A stretch of DNA of 48,377 nt from Octopus sinensis (GCF_006345805.1 NW_021834452.1:1-48377); one strand, 5' to 3'; shown: positions 1 to 13,604, numbered from the stretch's first letter. Numbers and translations: made by a program. Notes: a model not told the origin generated them from the letters alone.

Positions 1-29
1 TCTAAGACGAACAGCCTGTTAGTTCGAAT

Positions 30-1700
30 ATATAAACATAAAACGCCAAAAGGCGTTTCAAAATAAAAAAAAAAAAATTACTATCTGATTTGTTGTTAGC
101 TCACTTCGATCCTGCAGCGGAGATTGTTATAGCTTCAGACACTTCTGAGTACGGCACAGGATCAGAAATGCGACATAAATATAAAGATGGTGGTTCATGC
201 CTCACGTTCTCTGATATCACCAGAGAAAAATTATAGTGAAATCGAAAATGAAGTTCTAGCGATAATTTTTTTCGAAAATAATTTCAGAATTTTGCATGGT
301 ACAAATTTTCGTCAACAAATTAATCATTGACCGTTTTTATCTATATTTGGATCAAAAAAGGGATTTCCTGCCTATACTGTTAATAGGTCAAAACGCTTGG
401 CTACGATATTATTACACTACGATTTAAAGATGGAGTATATACCAACCAAGAAATTGATTTCAAAAATTGCGGGATAATTCGAACATAATGTAATTGCCGC
501 TTTGCGAGCGGAAAATGCAATTTAAAATGTTTTGTGTAACGTCATTCGTGAACTGTCAGTTACGTTACCAGACATAAGAAGAAAATTGGACAAAGATAAA
601 TTCATTATAAAAATGAAAGAAACACTGACGGCTAAAGGAAATAAAAATACGCGCAACACAAAGGCGAACCATTTCTCATTCTGTGACAGTGCATTGATGT
701 ATGCACAAAGAGTCGTAGTGCCAGCCGCACCACAAAAGCGTTTATTAAAATAATTTCATGTTCGTCACCCAGGGATTTCGAGAATGAAATCACTAGTGAC
801 AAGTTACGTATATTGGCCTACAATAGACAGTGACATTGAAGAGCCGGTGAGATCCTGCAGAGGTTGTGTTCTTGCAGCCACATCACCACCGCTAGAATTC
901 CAACCATGGCCTAAAACCGATCGTCCTAGGACCAGGATTCATATAGATTTTTCTGGATCAGTAAATGGCGCATATTACCTGATCGTAGTAGATAGCTGTA
1001 CTAAGTGACCTGAAATATGTAAATGTAGAAAACCAAACTCTACGGTAGCAATAGAATTTCTTCATGAACTCTGCAAGACAACATAATATCCGATAAATGT
1101 ACGCAGTTTACCGTGTATGAGTTTAAATATTTTTACAAATGTACGCATTTGAGCACATATCACTCAAGATCAGACGGGCAAACGGAACGGTTGGTGGATA
1201 CATTTAAAAGAGCATTAAATAAATCAAGAAACGAGCGAGTCGATGATGCAGCATTGACACAATTCTTGAGGGTTCATATTATATCACCAAACATAAAAAC
1301 TTGTTCAGGCAAGTCGCCTGCAGAACTAATGTTTGCTCGAAAATAATGCCAATTTTTGACAAGCTATTACCAGTAAAAAAAAAGGAAAAACACTAAAAAT
1401 ACGACAAAGCATTTTAATATAGGTGGCAAGCTTTTTTTCAAAATATATAAAAATGGAAGAAAAGGTTCTGGAAGACGGAGTAGTAACAGGATAAATAGGC
1501 AAAATGACGTATAAGATGCGGAAAATAATGTATAAGATGCGAAAACAAAAGATATACAAACAAGTTAAAAATGGATTACTGAAAAAAGAAACGAGGTATC
1601 CCTGGAAGTTCTCTACGACACCTTTGATGTTCCGTCGCCAAGAAAGAGCAAACAAGGAGATCGGTTGGAAGTAGTACCTAAACGGAAGACATATTAAACT
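30..1700 (+). mobile_element. Degenerate Ty3/Gypsy LTR-retrotransposon pol (RNase H + integrase), multiple stops and frameshifts
   Basis: Across frames: LAHFDPAAEIVIASDT (RT/RNase H junction), HASRSLISPEKNYSEIENEVLAIIF (RNase H), HVRHPGISRMKSLVTSYVYWPTIDSDIEEPVRSCRGC (HHCC zinc finger), RIHIDF / ISDKCTQF / SDGQTER (rve D,D,E region), GKSPAELMFARK. Confidence 0.9.
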
Positions 1701-2358
1701 TTCTTGTGGCGAGAATCATTGACACCCCCGTGGCAATGGAAGAATTGACTAGTCGAACTCTTATAACGAGTAGCGTATTGGTTGAGACAGAGAAGTTGTA
1801 GGAGTCGTTGAGAGTTCGTGAAAGTCGTTGAAATCGTTGAGAGTTTGAATTTATTGGACTATCGTGTTTAGTGGAGATAGTTGTATCTATCTCTGCTTCG
1901 TGAAATTTGTATCTCCAACTTAGAGAGGAATATAAAATATCCATATAAGAAAAAAAACCATAAATGATGAGCTTTACATGTTTCTTTATACGCGAATTGT
2001 AACCCTACAGCTGTTTCTGGTATCCATCAAAGTTACGCTCATGTTTCTGTTTACTCAATCAGTCGAATGATCGACTTATCAAGGTAGCCATGGATTTATA
2101 AAACTGACTCTTGATAAACTTGAGCCTTGCCTGTGGATTGCACGGAGATACTTACTAATCTGAAAACATATCGCTAACCCGGTGGACAAACCCTTATTAA
2201 TAATTTTTTATTCTGATACGTGTGTGTCTACGTATGTTTGTATGTATAGGTTCTTTGTGGATGTCTACTATGACAGCTTCATAGGCAGTTTTATTTCTTC
2301 CTTATGACGTCTCTGTAAATTAACAGTTCGGCGAAGATAACCGATAAAATATGTACTA

Positions 2359-2777
2359 TGGCGGCGAGCTGGCAGAAACGTTAGCACGCGGGCGAAATGC
2401 TTAGCGGCATTTTGTCTGCCATTACATTCTGAGTTCAAATTCCGCCGAGGTCGACTTAGCCTTTCATCCTTTCGGGGTCGATTAAATAAGTACCAGTTAC
2501 GCACTGGGGTCGATGTAATCGACTTAATCTCTTTGTCTGTCATTGTTTGTCCCCTCTATGTTTAGCCCCTTGTGGGTAATAAAGAAATAGAAATAGGTAT
2601 TTTGTCTGCCGTTATATTCTGAGTTCAAATTCCGCCCAGGTCAACTTAGCCTTTTATCCTTTCGGGGTCGATTAAATAAGAACCAGTTACGCACTGGGGT
2701 TGATGTAATCGACTTAATCTCTTTGTCTGTCTTTGTCCCCTCTATGTTTAGCGCCTTGTGTGTAATAAAGAACTAAG
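2359..2777 (+). mobile_element. SINE family B dimer (full monomer ~2359-2590 plus 5'-truncated monomer ~2591-2777) inserted in an older family A 3' half
   Basis: Head ggcggcgagctggcagaa, B-box-like gagttcaaattcc, central ctttcatcctttcggggtcga motif present twice; aatatgtacta duplicated at 2348-2358 and 2778-2788. Confidence 0.85.
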
Positions 2778-3349
2778 AATATGTACTAGGCGCACAAAAA
2801 AATACTTGTGGCGATTTTTTCGACTAAACCATTGAAAGCAGTGCCCCAGCAAGGTTGCAATCCAAATACAGTGAAATAAGAATATACGCGCATGCAGGTA
2901 TCTTGTTTCGGGTCATTACGCCAATAATGTCCTTTCTGTAGTCATCCTTCTTTAGTGCCGGATCAGTTCTAAAAGTGTAAATCTATAACTAATGCCATAA
3001 CGTCATTCCTACTATGTCAACGTTTGGGAACATTGCTATATGTAAAACATACAATGTATGATATATGGGAGATATGACTACTATTTCTAGCAGGGTGAGC
3101 GCTCGTATAAAAGTTCCCCTTGATTTCTATTACAACCTGTTTTACTTTGTCATTGGGTGGCTTATATTATTTGTAGTTTTCTTACGTTGTTTTTGTTCGT
3201 TTCTTCTTTTTGTGGCGTGTAATTATATTTAATGAACGAACACGATATCTGTTGACTCGAATTAGCTAAATAAATTTGTTTAACTAAATATATAAATGTG
3301 TTTAGCTAAGTAAATAAATCTTCTGCAGCAATGGTAAATGAAACATCCG

Positions 3350-3387
<38 letters not shown>

Positions 3388-4604
3388 ATCCCCACCTCCG
3401 CAATGCGTCGCTGTTAACGTCGCTTTTATATCATTGATATCTTTTATATCATCTTCTAATGTCATCCTATTCTAATTTGTTTTCCTTCTCTTCATTTCTC
3501 TCTCTCTCCCTCTCTCTCTCTCTCTTCCTGCACTGCTCACTCTTTTCTCCTCTCTCTCTCTCAATCGCAAATTATGTCCCTCTCAGTCTATTCCTCAACT
3601 TCCTTTCATCTCAACCTCTCTACCGTTACACTTTATCTCAAGCTATTGCTTTCGATCGGTTTCTTATGCATCTGACAATATCAGTTGCTATCACTCTCTG
3701 TTTAAATCACTGTTTAGACGTATCAATATCTGATAAATCTCTTTCACGCACATTTAATCTTTCTCCTTCCATCTCTCCCCCCCTCTCTCTCTCTCCTTCT
3801 CTCTGCCGTGCATATATATTATCTCCCACGACTATTACACCCAATATCCTTCCTTCGTACTACATCTATTATTCCTGTCTTCTCTAATCCCTTACATAGC
3901 TTTCAGATCATTATAAATAAAGTGTATAACCGTCATCGTCTGTGTTCTCTGTTTGATGTCAACTCAAGATGAAATTACTAAGTAATTATAGATAAAATAT
4001 TTTATGGACAAATTTAATTTGGAAATAATTTGGTGAAAGACTACGCTAGTCATTGAGATAATAATATTGCATGCAAGATCTCGGGAAAGGAAGAAGCAGA
4101 CGATCTTTCAGTGGTAACGTTTACCACCAAATACGATCAAATATATTTTCGTACAATAAAGCCTCGACATTAAATTTCATAAACGGCCAAATTATGTGAT
4201 ATACTTAGGTATGAACGTATATTATAAATTTATGAACGAATGTCGGTCTACTGTATAATATTCACATAACTCAAGGACGTATAACTACTGTTCTTTTTGT
4301 AATGGCCATTAAATTTAGTATAGCGAGTCCTTACGTGGATGCTCGATGTGTTAGCAATAGTACTTAACTCTCTGACATCCAGACGTAGTCGAATGAAAGA
4401 TAGAATGTCCAATGAAAGATAGAATGAAAGATAGTGGCAAATAGTGGGGTGATTTGAAGTAGAGTTAGCTGCTATTTCTTGCAGGTGGTGTGACCACATT
4501 GAGTTTCTCTGGTTAACTTGTGTTAAGAGTGCTTTCAGTAAAAAACTTGATAGGAATACATCATATAGTCTTACATAGTCCCAAAAGGGGTTTTTTGCGA
4601 AGAA

Positions 4605-4946
4605 ATAAATTTCAAGACTTATACTTTGTAAGTCCAGTATTTATTATATCGAACTCTTTGACCAAATCGCGACGTTACGGAGACATAAACACACCAGCAT
4701 CGGTTTTCAAGTGATGTGCGTGTATGTGGGGCCAAACACTGACACAAGGAAACGCACAAATAAATATATACATTTACATGCACCACGGGTTTTTTTCAGT
4801 TTCCGTCTACCAAATCTACCTGCAAGGCTTTGGTCGGCCCGAGGCAATAGTAGACGGACCTTGTGTTTCTTAACTACACACACGCAGTGGAACTGAAATC
4901 GGAACCATGTGGTTGGGAAGCAAGCTTCTTACCGTTAAGCCATGCT
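4605..4946 (-). mobile_element. SINE family A, degenerate
   Basis: Matches the cleaner copies at 5269-5687 and 39066-39509 (acaccagcatcggt, cagtttccgtctaccaaatc, caaggctttggtcggccc). Confidence 0.75.
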
Positions 4947-5268
4947 AAGAAGATTGTTTACTAGAAGCTTCCTTACTATGCTCTATCATAGAGTGAACAT
5001 TGGCTTTGTACTTATAAAGGTCTAAGCTGTACAGGTGACTCGTCATTAGCCTGGCCGAAGGAACACAACCTCACTACAGCAGAGGGGAGATTATGAGCCC
5101 CCGGCCAACGAGTCTAGCGAGACCCCTCTATAGCTAAGAGATTTATATTGAATTGAGAAGTCAATGGCTTGTCTCTGACCGGCTATACCAAACGACTCTC
5201 TAAGACTTAGTCCTGTAACCGTTTAAAATGTTCGTCTTTTCGGCTTTATAGACTAGGGAGTGCTCATA

Positions 5269-5683
5269 TACTCATTACTCTTTACTCTTTTACTTGTTTC
5301 AGTCATTTGACTGTGGCCATGCTGGAACACCACCTTTAGTCGAGCAAATCGACCCCGGGACTTATTCTTTGTAAGCTCAGTACTTATTCTATCGGTCTCT
5401 TTTGCCGAACCGCTAAGTGACGGGGACGTAAACACACCAGCATCGGTTGTCAAGCAATGCTAAGGGGACAAACACAGACACACAAACACACACACGCACA
5501 TATATATATATATACATATATACGACGGGCGCCTTTCAGTTTCCGTCTACCAAATCCACTCACAAGGCTTTGGTCGACATGAGGCTATAGTAGAAGACAC
5601 TTGCCCAAGGTGCCACGCAGTGGGACTGAACCCGGAACCATGTGGTTGGCAAGCAAGCTACTTACCACACAGCCACGCCTACG

Positions 5684-5687
<4 letters not shown>
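5269..5687 (-). mobile_element. SINE family A (tRNA-like head, internal CA/TA microsatellite, (AAAGAGT)n-like tail)
   Basis: Reverse complement: aggcgtggctgtgtggtaag A-box-like, gggttcagtccc B-box-like, central ttgggcaagtgtcttctactatagcc, 3' tail. Confidence 0.9.
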
Positions 5688-5757
<70 letters not shown>

Positions 5758-5787
5758 ATATATATACATATACATATAAATATATCG

Positions 5788-6166
5788 TAGGCGTAGGAGT
5801 GGTTGTGTGGTAAGTAGCTGCTTACCGGTTCAGTTCCACTGCGTGGCACGTTAGGCAAGTGTCTTCTACTATAGCCTCGGGCCGACCAAAGCCTTGTGAG
5901 TGAATTAGGTAGACGGAACTGAAAGAAGGCCGTCGTATATATGTGTATGAGTGTGTATATGTTTGTGTAGCTGTGTTTGTCCCCCCAACATCGCTTGATA
6001 ACTGATGCTGGTGTGTTTATGTCCCGTAATTTAGCAGTTCGGCAAAAAGAGATCGATAGAATATATACTAGGTTTACAAAGAATAAGTCCTGGGGGTCGA
6101 TTTGCTCGACTAAAGGCGGTGCTCCGGCATGGCCACAGTCAAATGATTTAAACAAATAAAAGAGAG
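5788..6166 (+). mobile_element. SINE family A
   Basis: Same modules on + strand; small deletion in head. Confidence 0.9.
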
Positions 6167-6169
6167 TAT

Positions 6170-6202
<33 letters not shown>

Positions 6203-6206
6203 ATAT

Positions 6207-6465
6207 AACAACTGCAGCGTGGAAGATGTTTATAGAAACACACAAAACCGTTAGATTCACTCGAACATTTAAGTTTAATTTGTCAAAATATTTTCGTCGC
6301 TTTGAGACCGCGACCTGTTGACTGACAAAACATCATGCAGCACGAGTTTTGTCATCTCAAAGCGACAAAAATATTTTAACAAATTAAACTTAATTGTTGA
6401 AGTGAATCTAACGGTTTTGCGTGTTTCTTAAATGGCTTATAAACACCTTCCACGCTGCAATTGTT
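6207..6465. mobile_element. Foldback (inverted-repeat) element, probably Penelope pLTR-derived
   Basis: Arms ~6207-6307 and ~6355-6465 are reverse complements (aacaactgcagcgtggaag ... cttccacgctgcaattgtt). Confidence 0.75.
6279..6329 (-). ncRNA. Hammerhead-like motif with G3-C8 swap (this copy also G5C)
   Basis: Minus strand: tttgtca-GTCAACA-g-gtcgc(ggtctcaaa)gcgac-GAAA-atat-TT-tgacaaa; stem I 7 bp, stem II 5 bp, palindromic AATATT stem III. Confidence 0.45.
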
Positions 6466-6511
6466 TTCGTTCCAGCACACGATCTCAGATCAAGTCGCTC
6501 GCTATGCAAGT

Positions 6512-6519
6512 ACATCTCC

Positions 6520-6595
<76 letters not shown>

Positions 6596-6604
6596 TATAT
6601 ATAT

Positions 6605-6670
<66 letters not shown>
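6512..6670. repeat. Compound microsatellite (TA)n + (GATA)n
   Basis: Directly visible. Confidence 0.95.
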
Positions 6671-7907
6671 TTACGTGTTTGTGTGTGTTTTTATGTATGA
6701 ACGCTACAAGTTTCCACAAAGTTTCCGACAACTATATTCACTCACATGGAATTGCTCGGTCAAGGCGTTCTTCCAGAGGGCATTCAATCAAGAGGCCAGA
6801 CAGTTTGACCGAGTCGGAAAGCACATGTCAGCGAAGCAAGCTTCTTAACTACACACACGCAAAAAGGACGTACTGGATGATAACGTGGTCCTATATTCAC
6901 TGTGACTAAGAAACGACGGGCTTTTCAGGGAGAGTCTGCTTAGCATCAGCAACCAAGTGGAACTTTGCCTTTAAGGCTAAGCCTACGATAAAAAGAAAAA
7001 GAAAAAGATTAAAAAAAGGTATTATTTGTTGCGTGACGATTGCTACATAGAAAATGTTTAGCACCTGGGTATTGGCGATTGTATAGCACGCAGTTCGGAT
7101 TGTTTTTTAACGTAATGTCACTTCAAATACACCGCTAATGTTTTTGTAAAAGCCTGCAACAGCGTAATGCCAATTTTCGGTCGTTTCATTAGATTATAAT
7201 GTTTTTATGTTCAGGCAAAACGAAGCACATTTCAAGTTTGGTGGTCAACCAGAACCAGTTCACAATTAGACGTACTTACTCTACTGTAATTTTTCTCTCT
7301 TTTATTTTTTTTGGGTACGTTGTTAAAAAAATATAAAGAACTTACGAATGATCTTTGAAATACAAGTGAGGCGATGTGGTAACTTACCACTGGTAAATGT
7401 TAAAAAATAATAAAAGAAGGCATGAACTCCATAAATCAGTGTTAATTATGATTCAGCTTGTAAAAATGTCAATCATCTTGCTTCACAGAACACAAACCAC
7501 ATTATTCATGTACATGGATTCATTAGCAAGGTGTCGGTAGCAGACGAAAGATATATAAATACTCAAACAGAGGTTGACTATTTGCCGCGTCATATATGCA
7601 TAGAAACAAACAGACGAACGCGAAAGAACAAACGCTTATACATACACATGCACACGGATACACTCAGATAATTGCATGCATATACACACACACAAGCACA
7701 TGGAGGCATACACATTCTAATATACAACGGCATATTCAGACGTATCGACGCATACTCATTGGGTAAACGTGCAGCCATCTTTTGCCTTTCATGATTTTTC
7801 CGTCTTCATTTGCGCATGACTGTGTGTCATTGTGACTTCATACATGTCTGAATGAATAAACTTCTAATTGTGTTATGCATATATGAGCACGCACACACAC
7901 ACACACA

Positions 7908-7955
<48 letters not shown>

Positions 7956-8110
7956 GCACACACACAAACACATCTCTCATACACTCAGACATTCAGTCAT
8001 TTTACCTGTGTGTATGCGTGTATAGTTGTATATACATTTATATATACATAAATTTTATTGCATAGGAAACTGCTGAAAAGATCAATTATCAAAATCAGTG
8101 TTTATGAGCC

Positions 8111-8144
<34 letters not shown>

Positions 8145-8279
8145 AATATGTGTGTGTGTGTGTGTGTATGTATGTATCAGTGTATATAGATATAGATATA
8201 GATATAGTTGTATATACATATATCTATATACATATACATATATATATACATATATATATATACTTATATATATATATAT

Positions 8280-8327
<48 letters not shown>

Positions 8328-8328
<1 letters not shown>

Positions 8329-8695
8329 GAGGCGCAATGGCCCAGTGGTTATAGCAGCGGACTCGAGATGATAGGATCGTACTTTCGATTCCCAGACCGG
8401 GCGTTGTGAATGTTTATTGTGCGTAATCACCTAAAGCTCCAAGTGGCTCTGGCAGGAGGTAATTTCGAACCCTGCTGGACTCTTTCACCACAACTTTCTC
8501 TCACTCTTTCTTCCTGTTTCTGTTGTGCTTGTATTTCAAAGGGGGCAGCCTTGTCGCATTCTGTGTCACTTTGAATCTCCCCGAGAACTACGTGTCTGTG
8601 GAGTGCTCAGCCACTTGCACGTTCATTTCATGAGCAGGCGGGTCCGTGATCGGATCAACTGGAACCCTCGTTGTTGTAACCGACGACGGAATGCT
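8328..8695 (+). mobile_element. SINE, head D + tail X
   Basis: tRNA-like head ggaggcgcaatggcccagtgg...tttcgattccc; tail gtggagtgctcagccacttgcacg...ggatcaactggaaccctcg. Confidence 0.85.
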
Positions 8696-9289
8696 GCGAT
8701 ACCTACACACACACACACACACACACACAGATATATATACAGAGAGAGGGAGAGAGTGATATATTTCGAACCATATATCTATTTGTGTGTGCGTGTGTGG
8801 TGTGTGTGTGTGTACGTTCGCGCGTGTATGTGTGTGTGTGTGTGTGTGTTTTGAAGTACCCTGTTAGCTTACGAACGATCGAGCTTAGACACAAAAAGAA
8901 CTGATCCAATATGCCACGAAATAGGACCACAGGAATTTGGAAAGTAAAAACTTCACTCAAAGAGGTTCACCAATACTGAACTGTTATCTAAAACAGTTAA
9001 CACAAAATCCTCGCTGATTTGAGATCCTACCTTTTATAGCTCTTTAGGACTATTTCCATCGATATACACATATGTTGTATTTAAGGAAAAAATATATATC
9101 ATTATAGCACTTGCTTTATTATCAAGTACTCCATGTGTCAGAATTCTCAGGTTAATTTTGTCAGGTACTCCTTTAATTTCAAATATCTCTCTTTGTTCAT
9201 TCTCCAAAATTTATGTTCTATTATTTCTAATCATAGAACAAAGTAAAAAAAGAAGCAGTTATAATGCATTTCCCGGAGGAATTCTGGCA

Positions 9290-9580
9290 CGGCGAACATT
9301 CCAGTTGACCCGATCAACGGAACAGACGGCTTGAGAAAATAACGAGCATGTTGCTGAGAACTCCACAGACACGCGTACACTTCACGTAATTCTGAAGGAG
9401 ATTCAGTGTGACACAGAATGTGACTTGGCCGGCACTTTTAAACACAGGTACTACTCAGTTTTTACTAGATGAGTGGACGTGATCAACGTGTAGTAAAGTG
9501 TCATACACGAGAACACAACGCGCCGCCTGATATCTTACGATCATGAGTCGAATACCCTAAACGTTAAGGGCCATGCCTTC
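9290..9580 (-). mobile_element. SINE, head C + tail X, degenerate
   Basis: gatcaacggaacag...ctccacagacacg matches tail X; gagtggac...caacgtg...aagtgtc matches head C. Confidence 0.7.
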
Positions 9581-10790
9581 ACTCAGAGGAGTTGTAATAA
9601 GAACGAAACATGCCCAAAATTATTACTGTGCTACTGAGTACCAGGTTAATACCCTTCAGTGTTCTATATTTATATGAAAATTAATGATTCTCATTAATTG
9701 CTTTCTTGAACATAATTAGTAATTTAGAGAACTATTGTAATTTTAATTAAAGGTTTATTTTATCTATTTCCGGTCGATTGATCTAATTAAACAAGAACAC
9801 ACCCAAGTATACACATATAGACACAGAGACATATACACACTCAAACACACATATATACGAAGGGTTTCAGCACAGTTTCCGTTTTCTAAATTTGTTCACA
9901 ATGCTGGACCCAGACACTTCTCCAAAATGTCGTGGCGTGGGAATGAACCACACTTCTATGGGTGTGTGTTCGTGCGTGTGTGCGTGTATATATATAAATG
10001 ACATTTATATTACATAAGATCGAAATAGGAAATGAAAGCACCACTGAGCAGACACTCGAAATCCTAGAGGTAGCAACTAAATTAGCCAATTGAAATATTA
10101 CATAACATTAAAATATAGAACACGTTGTATAATGCAAGCCAGAAAATCCCCTAAAATGATATGATAGTAACAGATAGTACGCCTTGTGTCATGCATCTCT
10201 TTGTCATCTTCATATCCATGACATTAGTGTTTTGTGCCCCAGAAGTCATAATGCCAATTACTCTGTTTCCATCGCGTATAAGTAAGTGAGATCGCAACAT
10301 TACTGCTAAGCGGGATGCCAATCCGACATAACGTTTCTCAGTCGACTGGAGCAACAAGAAATGAAGTGATTTGCTGAAGAACACAATGCGGCACCCAGTC
10401 CCTAACAACTAGTGCACCTATCTTCGACGGTACCTAAATATTTAGTATAATCCGTATACACGTGTACGTAATTCTTTATTAACTGAGAAAATCTCGAGAT
10501 TTTGCATGCTCATATCGCAGATACACACATAGTTTGTTTCGAACTATCCCCATGCATTTACCCCTAACATTTTTACGATGTAAACCAGGTTTTACTCTCG
10601 AAGAAATAATGTCATCTTTATTCACTAAAGGAACTATACCAGTAAATGATTTGACTTAAGCGAGAAACTCGGTTCTAACAATTGGTATATCTTTGAGTAT
10701 ACACCACATTGATGGTACCTAAACTTTAATTATAAATCAGTCATGCACATTTTCGAGAAGTGGGTCGCATGAAAAAACAAATACAAGTGT

Positions 10791-11005
10791 AAAGGTCCTT
10801 CCTGAATCATAGCGACTCATCAGGCCCTTTACCCGGATTCTGTGGCGTAGATATTACCCGCTGGACGGCACACCGGTCCGCAGTTAGAATACTAATATAT
10901 TCCAATTGAGTGGACGGGAGCAACGTGGAATGGAGTGTTTTCTTCAAGCACACAACTCTTTGCCTGATTCAAAAAACAAAACCACAATCTTACGATCAGA
11001 GCCCC
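10791..11005 (-). mobile_element. SINE, head C + tail E, degenerate
   Basis: gagtggacgggagcaacgtggaatggagtgttttcttcaagcacacaac matches head C; gactcat...ggccc...cccgg...tggcgtag...ctggacgg matches tail of 37178-37474. Confidence 0.6.
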
Positions 11006-11397
11006 ATGATATATGGTTCATCCTCAAGTGGGCCACGTTACTTAAAGAATTCCTAGTACTTTTTCATTCGGAGTAACAATTAGAAAGTCCCACGAGCTGC
11101 AGTTAGCTCATGACTGCTACAAACCATTATGTACAGGAGTATTCACGAACATAGAAAATACGGAGTTATTTTTGCATATTCAGATCGTCACGTGTTACAT
11201 ATACGTAATTGGCTTGTGATCGAAATATGCCTTTGCATTCATCCATAATAAAATTTTATTATGCAAACCACCATTTTGCTATCGAAACTTAACCCCGTAT
11301 TTACTCACTTAAGTCACTATTGTACTAAAGAGAGCCGACTTAAAGAAGCGCCCCTAAAAAGAACTCACAGAACCTACTAGTCTACATCTGATGAAGT

Positions 11398-11720
11398 GAA
11401 GGCGCGTAGCTTCGTGGTTGGGTATTCAGCTTACGATCGTAAGGCTGTGAGCTCCATTCCCGGCGAGGTGTTGTCTTCTTGAGCCAGACACTTTACTTCA
11501 CATTGCTCCAGTCCATTCAACTGGAAAAATTGAGTAGTACATGTATTTCAAAGGGCCAGCCTTGTCACATTGTATACCACACTCAAATCTCCCTGATAAC
11601 TACGTTAAGGGTACACTTGTCTGTGGAGTGCTCAGCCACTTACCCGTTAATTTCACTAGCAGGCTGTTCTCTTGATCGCATCAACTGGAACATTCGTGGT
11701 GATAACCGAATGAGTGCCAG
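11398..11720 (+). mobile_element. SINE, head C + tail X
   Basis: gaaggcgcgtagcttcgtggtt head, cttgagccagacacttt motif, tail X. Confidence 0.85.
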
Positions 11721-12321
11721 TCTTATATACATTTGATCATACAGCAATTAGCTGTTGGCTAAACATTAATTATAAACCATTATGCACAAAATTCTTCACA
11801 TACATCGAAGACACCGAGGGTTTATTGTATATTCGTATCGCAGTTACACACACAATTTGATTCGGAACATCTTATATCTACCCTTAAAATTTTCACAATA
11901 TAAACCAGCCTTTACTATCGCATAAATAACACCCTATTTATTCGCTAAAGTCACTATTTCACTAAGAAATTCAAAAGTTCTTCCATTATCATTTCATTCC
12001 ATCCACAGAGGAAAGTATTATTCAAAGATGGTTAAGTATCGGCAATAAGTATTTACAATTTAGTGAAATTCTAATCAATACATTCCGGAAATAATTCTCT
12101 GTAATCTATTTGCACGTGGAAATGAATAAGTTGTGCTGAATTAACTACCACACAATACCATACCACATACCACATACCACTACACCACGCCGTCATCTTT
12201 GCTTTTACACACCTTTCTCCCTTCCTGTCTTAGTCTGTCTATTTGTGTGTATGCATCTAAATACAAACATGTATGTGTGTAAACATATATGTACATAGTC
12301 ACATATATACACATACATACT

Positions 12322-12362
<41 letters not shown>

Positions 12363-12899
12363 ATATATGCATGTATATATGTATGTATATATATGCATGT
12401 ATATATGTATGTATATATATGCATGTATATATGTATGTATATATATGCATGTATATATGTATGTATATATGCAAGCACATACGTGTTGTAAATAGATTTC
12501 TATGTGTGATGTCGTATGTATGTGCCTGACTATGTTTTAAATTAACTTCTACGGAATTGGTGATTTATTACATTCGATCTCTCCATTGTGCCTGATTTCA
12601 AATTAACTCGTCCCGGCCAGAAGCGACAGATGTGTTTCCTGTTCATTGCTGTCGCCAGTTCGCCTTACACACACACACACACAAACACAAACACAAACAC
12701 ACGCACACATTTACACGCACGCACTTACACACACACATATATCTATGCCTGCACGCATACACGAATGATTGTATATACCTTTTCATATATGTATAGTAGA
12801 GATATAATTAATGAAAATTACAAAACGTCTGATAACGAACTCAATACGTGTACTAATGTGCAATATTTACTTTTTACAACAAAATGTAATTGTTAGCAA

Positions 12900-13080
12900 C
12901 ACATGCACACACATGCATACCCTCTTGCACATACACACACATGCATACTCTCTTGCACATACACACACATGCATACTCTCTTGCACATACACACACATGC
13001 ATACTCTCTTGCACATACACACACATGCATACTCTCTTGCACATACACACACATGCATACTCTCTTGCACATACACACAC
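12900..13080. repeat. 28-bp minisatellite (gcacatacacacacatgcatactctctt), about 6 copies
   Basis: tcttg recurs with 28-bp period (12923, 12951, ...). Confidence 0.95.
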
Positions 13081-13604
13081 GTGTAAATACAAAGTAAATT
13101 CCAATCAGAAAGGTATTCCAATACTGTGGAATTCGTTTTGGCGGAAAGAACCAAACCTGCATAAGCCTATCTCGTACAATAAACAAGTTATTTTGCAATG
13201 AGGTACTTGTATGTTCTTCATTCAAAGACGATTCAATGCTTTCTCTACTGCGTGTGTGGCCTGCTCAAAAACTATAACAAAACCCAAATATTATGGTTTC
13301 AGGTGAACTTTATATAATCAACTTATTGAAATGGAAAGACTACGTAGACAGGAAAATAAAAATAACAGAAAACATTCCTAAAAGATTCCTAAAAGCAGTT
13401 GGATACATAGAAGTATGGGTGAACTTATTACTGGTTAAGATCATGGGAGGCAGAGCCTCAGAATTTTGTCTTAATAATACATTTTCAAATTGCACGAAAA
13501 ATTAAACGATCATAGAACAATGTTAAAACTAATTCATACCGTATTGAAGCCTTATAAAGTCATGTATATTTTATGATTAGGTTTTACTTGTTTACAAAAT
13601 AGGA

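Noticed and set aside
1700-1960. Possible 3' LTR of the Gypsy remnant
   Set aside because: No second LTR in the window and no clear polypurine tract or TG...CA boundaries
10815-10835. CTGATGAGTC on minus strand in SINE tail E; also CTGATGA near 11388, 14829 and 45506
   Set aside because: No appropriately placed GAAA, stem III or NUH; explained by SINE sequence or chance
13293-13505. 70-aa non-repetitive ORF preceded by tttcag
   Set aside because: No recognisable domain and no convincing donor site; may be decayed transposon sequence
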